This document shows, in pieces, positions 1-7,751 of a stretch of DNA of 64,000 bases. The first letter of the stretch is position 1. Each line of letters begins with the position of its first letter. The stretch is from a virus. The notes beneath the pieces are model-generated. The model made no database searches. It was not told the origin of the DNA and saw only the letters and a program-made list of their open reading frames with translations. The position numbers and the translations under genes were made by a program. Location: IMG/VR virus record IMGVR_UViG_3300029305_004190, one strand, 5' to 3'.

Positions 1-77
1 CCCTTGCGGTTAAGGGTGCAGGGCAAGACCCCGCAGACCCCCGCCGCTCACAGGGTGTACCCCTTGCGGTTAAGGGT
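1..77. repeat. Direct repeat of an 18-nt element (ccccttgcggttaagggt at 1-17 and 60-77), each copy itself a small hairpin (CCCTT-gcggtt-AAGGG)
   Basis: Identical 17-18 nt string seen twice 60 bp apart; internal inverted symmetry; no ORF in any + frame across 1-690. Confidence 0.6.
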
Positions 78-697
78 AAGAGGGCGGGAAACCCGCCCAA
101 AGCGGCAAGTTTGCCGTTGTAGTTTTTGCTATGGGAATACAAGCGAAGATGTTCGCCGCTTCCTTTGAGTAGCAAGAACAAAACGCCACGGAAACGGTGT
201 TAGAACATTTCCGAGTATCCCCGAATCTGACGGGGCGTCGCTGGTGCGTGAGAATTAAGCTCACGGTTCGAGATTGTGAAAATCCCCAGAGGTTTGTGCC
301 TATGAACCTAAGTGCGGCTTGCATAACTGATGGCTATACAAAAAAGGTCATTGAGGATTAGTAATATCGTCCAAGTTATCCACCCAAGGGTGTAGTGCTC
401 CGAGGAGCCGGTGATGAGGGCATATAGGTATGAAAGTCTAATTTGATTGAGTATTGCGAAAAAGAAAATCGAAAATCCACTCTAATCGGGTGAGTATTAG
501 GAATGATACGCACAGCGATGAATACTGCATTTACCACCTATGGGACAGAGTGTTCGCCAAGGGGTATGAGTGCAGAGCCGCTGTCATTCGATTGAGTTTA
601 TCATTCATACCAAGCCGCAGAGCCGTAAAAAAGTTCTGCGGTTTTAATGAGTGATAAACCTGTTATCACCTAATATCTGTGAAAGGGGCATTTAATT

Positions 698-1447
698 ATG
701 ACCAGAGAAGAAAACACCGCCAAATTGGTACAGTTGCGCTCTGAAGCCGAAGCCCTTGTCAAGGATTACAATGACGCAATCCAGAATGGCAAGTATGAGG
801 ACGCAAGCAAAGCTGATACCGCCCTGACCGAAAAGGTCAATGAGTACACCGCAACCGTCCGTGATATGTGTTTTGAGGATTGCAAGAACACTGAAAATCC
901 TATGCTCACTGCTGTCACAACTCTGATGTATGTTACTATCGGAGTAAAAGACGAGCAGAAGGGTGATGACAAGGTTCCTGTCCGCACCATTGTGGATAAG
1001 GAAAGAGCTATCGACCTGCTCAAACTGCACAAGTATTGCGGTAAAATCGGTGCCGATGAAAACTGGTCGCATATCGCGCAGAAGATGAATTTCCTGCTGA
1101 CTGCGCAGAAGTGCGTTGACCTCGGTATCGACCCCAAAGCTGTCAATGACAGTTATGCTATGAGTGAGATTGCCCGCGAGTTCGATATGGGCAAGAATCC
1201 CACCAGCAAGACCAACCTGCTCAAAACCCTGCAGACCGTAGTTACCGCTATGCTCGGCGAAGACTACAAGGCAACCAGCCATGATGTCAACTTCCTGCTG
1301 TCCGTCTATTCCAAGAAGAATCGCAAGGCGTTGACTGTAACCTGTGCAAATCACCGGTATTTCAGAAATTTCCTCGCTGAGGTTTGTCACCGTATCGTAA
1401 CCGGTAAGACCTATGAGGTCGATTTCAAGACCAAAAAGGATAGCTGA
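698..1447 (+). CDS. Hypothetical protein (249 aa)
   Basis: Long ORF with AAAGGGG SD upstream of ATG; followed by intrinsic terminator; overlapping minus-strand ORFs judged spurious. Confidence 0.6.
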   Translation: MTREENTAKLVQLRSEAEALVKDYNDAIQNGKYEDASKADTALTEKVNEYTATVRDMCFEDCKNTENPMLTAVTTLMYVTIGVKDEQKGDDKVPVRTIVDKERAIDLLKLHKYCGKIGADENWSHIAQKMNFLLTAQKCVDLGIDPKAVNDSYAMSEIAREFDMGKNPTSKTNLLKTLQTVVTAMLGEDYKATSHDVNFLLSVYSKKNRKALTVTCANHRYFRNFLAEVCHRIVTGKTYEVDFKTKKDS

Positions 1448-1466
1448 ATATCTGAATAGGATAGTT

Positions 1467-1499
1467 AAGCCGCTGATGGTGCTCGTCAGCGGCTTTTCT
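1467..1499 (+). terminator. Rho-independent terminator
   Basis: AAGCCGCTGA-tggtgctcg-TCAGCGGCTT hairpin followed by TTCT. Confidence 0.6.
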
Positions 1500-1823
1500 A
1501 ATCCCCGAAAGAGGTGAAAGTTTTGCAGAATAAGTATCGCTGGCTCTCATCCACAACGGGTGAGGTAGTCGAAAGTTTTTCAGAAGTCGTGAAATCGGTA
1601 ATTGAGTGCCTTTTCCACTATCGTTTTCTCAATGTTCGTTGGCGTTATAACGCTAAGGGATGGTAAGGCTCGCTCAGAGCCGCACTGATGAGCCGTAATC
1701 ACGGCGAAACCGGTGGTTTTCCATCTGTCTGCGGATGCGTTTGGCAGTAAGTCCACAAGGATTGGCTATCGGCTCCCTTGTGGCAGCCCCGCTCCCAATT
1801 CACTACATAAAGGAGTTTTTCAT

Positions 1824-2015
1824 ATGTCCTATGATGTTTTCAAAGAACGAGTAAAAGGGCTTGCAAAACGCTCCGGTTCTAAAGTGAGTTTTTCACATGA
1901 GGACGGGAAGCATATCGCCCGGTGCTCTGACGGAGTCACAATCGTCGGTAATAAGTTTTGCCCGAATGTCCTCGTGAAATGGGGTAGTGGTCACACTGCT
2001 TATGCCACTATCTGA
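1824..2015 (+). CDS. Small hypothetical protein (63 aa)
   Basis: ATG preceded by AAAGGAG SD (1811-1817); the longer track ORF starting at 1713 lacks an SD. Confidence 0.45.
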   Translation: MSYDVFKERVKGLAKRSGSKVSFSHEDGKHIARCSDGVTIVGNKFCPNVLVKWGSGHTAYATI

Positions 2016-2462
2016 GTCTAAAATGTGTTAGCCATTCTTTCCATTTTCCTCCATTCCTTTCTAAATATGCACTGGTACGCCGTTTCTAAAGGCTTATGCG
2101 GCGGTAAATGAGGTGGGAGCCAGTGCCTCCGTAATGCAGCCATTGACGTGTCGCAAGCCCGTATGAAAAATGCAGAGCGCGGAATTTTCCAGAGGAGGTT
2201 TCTTTATGGCTATTAAGGCGAAAACAGGAAACCGGCTTCATTCGACCGCACCGATGAGGCTTGGTTTGTTGGTTTCAAACTGAAGCCCCATTGAGTGAGT
2301 TTTGATTATTACGCCCCGTATTACAATGCCGACGAAATCTGCAACAAGTTCTATGGTACATACCATCCAAATGATTCGAGGTTTGAGAACGGATTGGGTA
2401 CGGGGTGTGGTAATGAAAATGAACTTATCCATTATTGTTGAAATAGAAAGGGAGTAAACGCT

Positions 2463-2669
2463 ATGTTTTTACAGGTTCTCGGAATCATCGTTTTGTGCAT
2501 CTATCTCGTTTTCAATTTCTTGACCGCAATGATGTATACGGTCGAGGAAATGCTGAAGCACTTTGTCGTTGGACAGTGCAAGGTTGGCATGGTTTTTGCC
2601 AACATCTTCTATGCTCCGGCATGGTTTTTGAAAGGACTTCGTTTCGCTATCATTCACCTTGTTGCATGA
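2463..2669 (+). CDS. Small hydrophobic membrane protein (68 aa)
   Basis: AAAGGGAG SD; sequence dominated by hydrophobic residues consistent with two TM helices. Confidence 0.5.
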   Translation: MFLQVLGIIVLCIYLVFNFLTAMMYTVEEMLKHFVVGQCKVGMVFANIFYAPAWFLKGLRFAIIHLVA

Positions 2670-2834
2670 GGTGAAGTATGTACGAAGTGGTATTTCTCGT
2701 CAAAGAAACCGGCGCAAAAGTAAAGAAGTCATTCGATTCGCTTTACAGATGCCGATTATTCGTAAATAAGCTCAACCATTCCAAGAGGCTTACGCTTATC
2801 TCTTGTCCCCTATTCGATTAAGCAGGAGGTTTCC

Positions 2835-3119
2835 ATGAACAAAGAAGAAATGGTAAATGCGTTATCGCAGAAAATCGGACTCACCAAAAAGGATTCCGAG
2901 GTTGCGCTTGACGCAGTCATCCAAATCATCACCGACACGCTGGCGTCGGGTCATAAGGTTCAGATTGTCGGGTTTGGAACCTTTGAGGTAAAAGAACGTG
3001 CGCCCAGAACGGGCAGAAACCCGAAAGCAAATCTGCCGGTTTATATCCCGGCAAAGAGGGTTCCCTATTTCACGCCGGGTAAGGTTTTGAAATCTCGTGT
3101 GGAGCGTCCTCACAAGTAA
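2835..3119 (+). CDS. hup: HU/IHF-family histone-like DNA-binding protein
   Basis: MNKEEMVNALSQKIGLTKKDSEVALDAV...GFGTFEVKERAPRTGRNPKANLPVYIPAKRVPYFTPGKVLK is the classic HU fold signature with the beta-arm RNP motif; GGAGG SD. Confidence 0.9.
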   Translation: MNKEEMVNALSQKIGLTKKDSEVALDAVIQIITDTLASGHKVQIVGFGTFEVKERAPRTGRNPKANLPVYIPAKRVPYFTPGKVLKSRVERPHK

Positions 3120-3145
3120 TATAAAGTTCAAAGGAGTAAAAGTTT

Positions 3146-3787
3146 GTGACCACAGAAAAGATGAGTGTACATAAGGCTCTTTGCGAGCTGAAAACGCTCG
3201 ATTCCCGTATTCAGAAAAGTATTCAGCAGGCGGTTTTCGTCTTTGCTAACAAGCACGCAAATACAAAGATTTCCGGCGTTCCTGTCGGTGAGTACAGCGC
3301 AGAGGTCAAGGCTGCTTATCAGTCTGTAAAAGACCTTATCGCAAGACGTGATGCAATCAAGCGTGCGGTTACGCTCTCCAACGCTGCAGTCAAGGTTGTT
3401 ATCGGTGGCAAGGAATACACCGTTGCTGAGGCAATCGAAATGAAGAACCACGGAATTTCACATCTCCAGTTGCTTCTCAGAAAGCTGGAAACTGATAATC
3501 AGAGAGCACGCCGTGAGTCTGACAATAACAACGGCGAAGCACTCGAAGACCGTGCCGATGAGTACGTTAAATCCCTGTATGGCAATGTCGATATGAAGGG
3601 TGCAAGCGAGGAAATCAAAAAGGTTCGCACTGATTTTATCGCAGCACAGACGATGGAAATCGTTGACCCTATCGGCATCAGGGCTGAGATGGAACGCCTT
3701 GAAAAGGAAATCAATGATTTCACAGTTGAAATCGACTCTGCGCTCTCGGTTTCCAATGCGCTTACCGAGCTGACAATCGAATACTAA
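3146..3787 (+). CDS. Hypothetical coiled-coil protein (213 aa)
   Basis: ORF with AAAGGAG SD, GTG/ATG start region; heptad-rich charged sequence. Confidence 0.6.
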   Translation: MTTEKMSVHKALCELKTLDSRIQKSIQQAVFVFANKHANTKISGVPVGEYSAEVKAAYQSVKDLIARRDAIKRAVTLSNAAVKVVIGGKEYTVAEAIEMKNHGISHLQLLLRKLETDNQRARRESDNNNGEALEDRADEYVKSLYGNVDMKGASEEIKKVRTDFIAAQTMEIVDPIGIRAEMERLEKEINDFTVEIDSALSVSNALTELTIEY

Positions 3788-3942
3788 AGCAATCAACATC
3801 GCTGCCGTCCGAAAACCCTGAATCATATGCCTTCTCTGTTTATGCGAAATACAGATAAGTAAAGATAAAAAGAATTTCGCTCCAGCCTGCTAAGCTGATA
3901 TAATTTTGTAAATCGGGTAACTTTACAAATATTTTTTTACAG

Positions 3943-3973
3943 TCGCCGCTATAGGATTTTTGCGGCGATTTTG
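3943..3973 (+). terminator. Rho-independent terminator
   Basis: TCGCCGC-tataggattttt-GCGGCGA followed by TTTTG. Confidence 0.55.
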
Positions 3974-4192
3974 AAGAAGGACTGTAAAGCTCAAAGTACA
4001 AAATTAAAAGCTGAAACCTCAAGAATCAAAGTTCTTCAAGGTATAAAGCTAACAGCTAAAAGCATAAACACCAAACCTTTACAAAATCCAAGAGATAGGG
4101 TTATCGGGTGCATATGTGACCGGTGGGAGAACCACTTGGCTGGACGGTAGCGAGTTGTTTATATATAGCCGGTCGAAAGACCGGCACCCTAT

Positions 4193-4265
4193 GGGAGAGT
4201 GGCGCAATCGGTTAGCGCAAGAAGTAGTTTGTCTGTTGTTGGTTCGAGTCCAACCTCTCCCACCA
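4193..4265 (+). tRNA. tRNA-like gene with intact acceptor, D and T arms but no Watson-Crick anticodon stem (possible pseudo-tRNA or non-canonical tRNA)
   Basis: GGGAGAG/CTCTCCC acceptor, GCGC-AATCGGTTA-GCGC D arm, GTTGG-TTCGAGT-CCAAC T arm, ACCA 3' end; region 4220-4237 cannot form a 5-bp anticodon stem. Confidence 0.4.
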
Positions 4266-4291
4266 TCATTATTAACTTAGGAGGGCTAAAG

Positions 4292-4531
4292 ATGAGGGTT
4301 ATAAATTTTTCCTACAACGGCTTTTCTGGTAGTGTAACTGGTGGGTATGCCAACTACACAGCGGAATTCAAAGAGTGGACAGAAGACCCGGGCGTGGCGG
4401 TCTGCCTTTGTAGTGATGGCGTGGAACGGTTAATACCAACCTTTGCACTTGAGGGATTCTGTGAAAAAGACTATCCGGTGCAGAACAATGAAAACAAGTT
4501 TTTCTATATCGGGAAACCGTGTAAGAGTTAA
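4292..4531 (+). CDS. Hypothetical protein (79 aa)
   Basis: ATG preceded by AGGAGG SD at 4279-4284; the 5' part of the track ORF 4199-4531 overlaps the tRNA-like gene and is rejected. Confidence 0.5.
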   Translation: MRVINFSYNGFSGSVTGGYANYTAEFKEWTEDPGVAVCLCSDGVERLIPTFALEGFCEKDYPVQNNENKFFYIGKPCKS

Positions 4532-4534
4532 TAA

Positions 4535-4643
4535 GGGCAGGTATGCAAGCGGTTAAAGCGGAGTCCGGAAAACTCGCAATTATCAACTTGAAGCGCTACG
4601 TGGTTGATAATGTTCGATGGTTCGAATCCATCCTTGCCCACCA
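4535..4643 (+). tRNA. Atypically long (109 nt) tRNA-like gene with a perfect 8-bp internal hairpin; isotype not assignable (possible type-II/Ser(GGA)-like or insert-containing tRNA)
   Basis: GGGCAGG/CTTGCCC acceptor (one GU), Ser-like D arm (GC-AAGCGGTTAAA-GC), GATGG-TTCGAAT-CCATC T arm, ACCA end; internal TTATCAAC...GTTGATAA 8-bp stem with 15-nt loop; candidate anticodon loop CCGGAAA lacks U33. Confidence 0.4.
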
Positions 4644-4646
4644 TTT

Positions 4647-4729
4647 GCGGAGCTGGCGGAATGGCAGACGCAGCGGATTCAAAACCCGCCGCCTTTGGCG
4701 TAAGGGTTCAAGTCCCTTGCTCCGCACCA
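4647..4729 (+). tRNA. tRNA-Leu (anticodon CAA), type II
   Basis: GCGGAGC/GCTCCGC acceptor, 3-bp D stem GCG/CGC, anticodon loop TTCAAAA, variable arm CGCC-TTT-GGCG, AAGGG-TTCAAGT-CCCTT T arm, ACCA. Confidence 0.7.
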
Positions 4730-4733
4730 ATAT

Positions 4734-4820
4734 GCTGGTATGGCGAAACTGGCAGACGCGATAGATTCAGAGTCTATTGGGCTTATGCTCGTGCAGGTTC
4801 GATTCCTGTTACCAGCACCA
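4734..4820 (+). tRNA. tRNA-Leu (anticodon CAG), type II
   Basis: GCTGGTA/TACCAGC acceptor, ATAGA-TTCAGAG-TCTAT anticodon arm, long variable arm, GCAGG-TTCGATT-CCTGT T arm, ACCA. Confidence 0.75.
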
Positions 4821-4841
4821 AATAACCTTTCGGAGGTACAT

Positions 4842-5174
4842 ATGGCTACAACAAAAATGATTGATTCGCTGTCAGAAGCGCTGCTTCGTGCAAAGGATAG
4901 TGCCTTGATATATGCTGATGCCGAGGACGATGGAACGTGCAACTTTGACACGCCGCAGTTGAGCCTCAGCGAATGGAAACCCAAAGAGGTAGAGCAGGCA
5001 TTTGTCAAGGCTGATTTAAGGTGTGATATCCAAAAGTCCGGTAAAGGACTTATCGTAGACATTCTCGGATGCACAACCGGTCAGGGTTCTCGCAGAACAC
5101 AAATGGCTGAAGCTGTACGAGACAGCTTGAAAGTGGATGGTTACGAAGCCTATGTGTACTATCAGATGGATTAA
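4842..5174 (+). CDS. Hypothetical protein (110 aa)
   Basis: ATG with GGAGG SD immediately after the tRNA cluster; upstream part of the track ORF overlaps the tRNAs. Confidence 0.5.
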   Translation: MATTKMIDSLSEALLRAKDSALIYADAEDDGTCNFDTPQLSLSEWKPKEVEQAFVKADLRCDIQKSGKGLIVDILGCTTGQGSRRTQMAEAVRDSLKVDGYEAYVYYQMD

Positions 5175-5191
5175 GGAAATGGAGGTATTAC

Positions 5192-5857
5192 ATGAGCGCG
5201 AAGATACATATTCCAGCAGACGAGGTATGGTCGTTCTTCTTCAAAAATAAGGAACGCTGTACTGAAGAAATGGTGGAAATCGCATCAAACGATGAAACCA
5301 AATATGCGGTATACCTTACCGAAGATGAGGGGTACCCGATGCTCTCTGTATGCCACGGAGATGACGAACCCGAGTATGAAGAGGGTACAATCAGTAAAGA
5401 TGACTGTACTGAAACCGCAAAAAGAATGTTTATCCGTTACCTTTTCCCGGTGACAGTGACCTGTGGTAAGACGATTTTCCAAGAAAACGTCGAAAAGGAT
5501 GACGAGGTGGACGAGGATGATGACCCGACGGAACAGGATAGACTTGATGAAATCTATGAGCGCGACGATGAATTGACGCTTGCTCTCTGCGAATTCTTGA
5601 AAGTCGTATTTGAGGAGGATACCGATGGCGCAGAACTCCTTGAAACGTATACAGAGGCGGTCATTGCTGAAATCCTTGACGAATTCCTCGATTTATTGGC
5701 AGTCAATCACAGCTTTACGGATATAAGACGACCGACATTCATAAACGACCCCGAGACAGGAGTTGAGTTCTTCACAGAATATCCTTACGACCCTGATGTG
5801 GTTTTTGAGGATGGAATGGCGGCAGTCGAAGAAGAAACCGATGGGGATGCAGAGTAA
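5192..5857 (+). CDS. Highly acidic hypothetical protein (221 aa; D/E-rich), candidate DNA-mimic/anti-restriction protein
   Basis: GGAGG SD; runs such as DEVDEDDDPTEQDRLDEIYERDDE; net charge strongly negative. Confidence 0.55.
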   Translation: MSAKIHIPADEVWSFFFKNKERCTEEMVEIASNDETKYAVYLTEDEGYPMLSVCHGDDEPEYEEGTISKDDCTETAKRMFIRYLFPVTVTCGKTIFQENVEKDDEVDEDDDPTEQDRLDEIYERDDELTLALCEFLKVVFEEDTDGAELLETYTEAVIAEILDEFLDLLAVNHSFTDIRRPTFINDPETGVEFFTEYPYDPDVVFEDGMAAVEEETDGDAE

Positions 5858-5871
5858 TCCCCGTCTACTAC

Positions 5872-5962
5872 GGCGGAGTGGCAGAGATGGCTTATTGCAG
5901 CAGTCTTGAAAACTGTCGGCGGGTCAAACCGCCCGTGGGTTCGAATCCTACCTCCGCCGCCA
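5872..5962 (+). tRNA. tRNA-Ser (anticodon TGA), type II
   Basis: GGCGGAG/CTCCGCC acceptor, GCA-GAGATGGCTTAT-TGC D arm, anticodon loop CTTGAAA, variable arm GGCGG-GTCAAA-CCGCC, GTGGG-TTCGAAT-CCTAC T arm, G-CCA. Confidence 0.75.
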
Positions 5963-5989
5963 ACTTGAGAATAATGGAGGTTTTTGAAT

Positions 5990-6649
5990 ATGCCTGAGTG
6001 TTTAGACAATTTCCCGTGGCGCTCGCTGAAAGGGTGCGGCAGCATGGCTCCGGCTATGTTCAAAGTCGGTGATTATAAGAATGAACGTCTGAAAGACGGA
6101 ACTGAAGTCCAGTTCAGAATCATCGGATTCAATCACGATAAAACCATTACAGGCGACATCGTCCCGTTCACTTGGGAGATGGTTGACTGTATGCCAAATC
6201 GTTACCCGTGGAATGAGCGTGATACGACTGAGGGCTCTTGGGGCGCGACATTCCTGCGGCGTGAAATGAACCAACCGGACGGTCGAATCTTCCGATTGAT
6301 GCCCGATGAAATCGTTGAGCTGGCAGTGCCGGTCATCAAGCTGACTGCCAATACATATACCGGTGAAAACAACATCCTTGAGACTGAGGATAAGTTTTGG
6401 ATAAAGTCTGAAAAAGAGCTTTTTGGACGAAACATCCTTTCAGCACCCGGCGAAGGTCACTGGTACGAATATTACAGACAGGAAGATGTGGCTTGGGGCA
6501 AAAAGCGTAATGGTTCCAACGAGTATACCATGCTGCGTTCCCCTAGTTGCAACGACAGCACCTATTTCTGCATTGTGGACACGGACGGCATTGCGGACTT
6601 TTACTACGCAAGGAATTCCATTGGGCTCGCCCCGGCTTTCTGCTTCTAA
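5990..6649 (+). CDS. Hypothetical protein (219 aa), W/Y-rich
   Basis: ATG 9 nt after GGAGG (5976-5980); no recognisable catalytic motif. Confidence 0.6.
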   Translation: MPECLDNFPWRSLKGCGSMAPAMFKVGDYKNERLKDGTEVQFRIIGFNHDKTITGDIVPFTWEMVDCMPNRYPWNERDTTEGSWGATFLRREMNQPDGRIFRLMPDEIVELAVPVIKLTANTYTGENNILETEDKFWIKSEKELFGRNILSAPGEGHWYEYYRQEDVAWGKKRNGSNEYTMLRSPSCNDSTYFCIVDTDGIADFYYARNSIGLAPAFCF

Positions 6650-6840
6650 TCTACTTATCTAATCGGATTCAGCACCACGAAAGTGGTGCGAGTTCAAACC
6701 ATATCATGACGAGAACAACCCACCAAACGGTGGGTTTTCTCATGCTCACAACGGCTCCAGCCTCCACGCGGCGTGAGTGGATAGCCATAAGGCTAACGAA
6801 TAGGGGTACATATTTTATAGTACAAAAGGAGTACAAAAAC

Positions 6841-7242
6841 ATGGCAAGAATCACTATCGCAGGCGACGCAGTAGTCGTAACTTCCGCACTGAAGCTTGAG
6901 GACATCAAGACCATCGCAAAGTATCGCCCCAACGAGCTCATTCTCAAGGGTGGCGAGGACGGTAAGGAGCCGATTTTCGGTATCGGCGTAACTTCCGGCT
7001 GTGGTTCCATCAATGAGGTCGGCGCATCTTTCGGTCGTGAATCCCACGATGAAGACAAGCTCGCTACCATCACGATGTGCACCGGCGGCGATGTAACCGG
7101 TGATGTCAAGGAGTGGGTCGCAGACCACATCGGCGGCGCAATCATCAAGCTGAACAAGCTCGAAGAGAAGCTTCCCGCAGTTCTCGCAGAAATCGCAGAC
7201 GAAAAGGCTGCGGTTATGAGCAACATCTCCGTCGCTCAGTAA
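6841..7242 (+). CDS. Hypothetical protein (134 aa) with strong SD and structured leader, probably highly expressed
   Basis: AAAAGGAG SD; ~185-nt leader with three perfect hairpins; followed by strong terminator. Confidence 0.6.
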   Translation: MARITIAGDAVVVTSALKLEDIKTIAKYRPNELILKGGEDGKEPIFGIGVTSGCGSINEVGASFGRESHDEDKLATITMCTGGDVTGDVKEWVADHIGGAIIKLNKLEEKLPAVLAEIADEKAAVMSNISVAQ

Positions 7243-7249
7243 GAAATAT

Positions 7250-7280
7250 GGGGCGGTTCCCGCCGCCCCTCCCCTTTTCT
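7250..7280 (+). terminator. Rho-independent terminator
   Basis: GGGGCGG-ttcc-CGCCGCCCC followed by TCCCCTTTT. Confidence 0.65.
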
Positions 7281-7331
7281 TCTATCAACCAATCCATCAA
7301 AAAATTTTCATGAATCAAAGGAGAATACATA

Positions 7332-7562
7332 ATGATTAAGGTAACTGTAGGTAACAACGTAAAGCGCGAATCCGTTATCATCGACGAAAACACCACCCTC
7401 CGTTCCTGCCTTGAGGCAAACGGCGTTGACTACACTCGCGGTGTTATGCATCTCGACGGTTCCTCCCTGAACCCCGGCGACCTCGACAAGACCTTCGCAA
7501 GCTTCGGTATCACTGAGAAGTGCTTCCTGCTGAACGTGGTCAAGGCGGATAACGCTGCCTGA
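7332..7562 (+). CDS. 76-aa ubiquitin-like beta-grasp protein (Ubl candidate), C-terminal tail ...KADNAA rather than GG
   Basis: AAAGGAG SD; same length as ubiquitin and aligns block-for-block by eye (IKVTVGN.. ~ IFVKTLTG..; HLDGSSLNPGDLDKTFASFGITEKCFLLNVVK ~ [29 protein letters not shown]); two intrinsic-terminator-like hairpins follow. Confidence 0.5.
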   Translation: MIKVTVGNNVKRESVIIDENTTLRSCLEANGVDYTRGVMHLDGSSLNPGDLDKTFASFGITEKCFLLNVVKADNAA

Positions 7563-7617
7563 TTCGGATGTGTGGGCGACTTCGCCCATAAATAATAACA
7601 AAGGGCACGCTCTGTCG

Positions 7618-7636
7618 AAGGGCTTGCCCTTTTTCC
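7618..7636 (+). terminator. Terminator-like hairpin with T-run (a second hairpin GGGCGA-ct-TCGCCC lies at 7574-7587)
   Basis: AAGGGC-tt-GCCCTT followed by TTTTCC. Confidence 0.5.
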
Positions 7637-7638
7637 AT

Positions 7639-7724
7639 GGGGGATTGGCGGAACTGGCAGACGCAGCGGGTTTAAGCCCCGCTGGTGTTTCACCGTATCG
7701 GTTCGACCCCGATATCCCCCACCA
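7639..7724 (+). tRNA. tRNA-Leu (anticodon TAA), type II
   Basis: GGGGGAT/ATCCCCC acceptor, GCG/CGC D stem, GCGGG-TTTAAGC-CCCGC anticodon arm, GGTG-TTT-CACC variable arm, ATCGG-TTCGACC-CCGAT T arm, A-CCA. Confidence 0.75.
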
Positions 7725-7751
7725 TAATGTATAAACAAGAGAGGTGTTTCT

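Noticed and set aside
454-654. 66-aa ORF in the structured leader region
   Set aside because: No SD, embedded in hairpin-dense sequence, low-complexity product; more likely non-coding.
692-1390. Minus-strand ORFs overlapping plus-strand genes (e.g. 692-1390, 3458-3826, 6669-7226, 8247-9011, 10159-10581, 12409-12927, 21113-21649, 23351-23815, 53460-54017, 58127-58651, 58694-59278, 59890-60462, 63260-63628)
   Set aside because: Each lies antisense inside a plus-strand gene with clear motifs or SD-based start, lacks its own SD, and has low-complexity composition typical of shadow ORFs.
4199-4291. 5' part of track ORF 4199-4531 and ORFs 4543-4825 across the tRNA cluster
   Set aside because: They overlap tRNA or tRNA-like genes; only the SD-preceded 3' portions (4292-4531, 4842-5174) are kept as CDSs.
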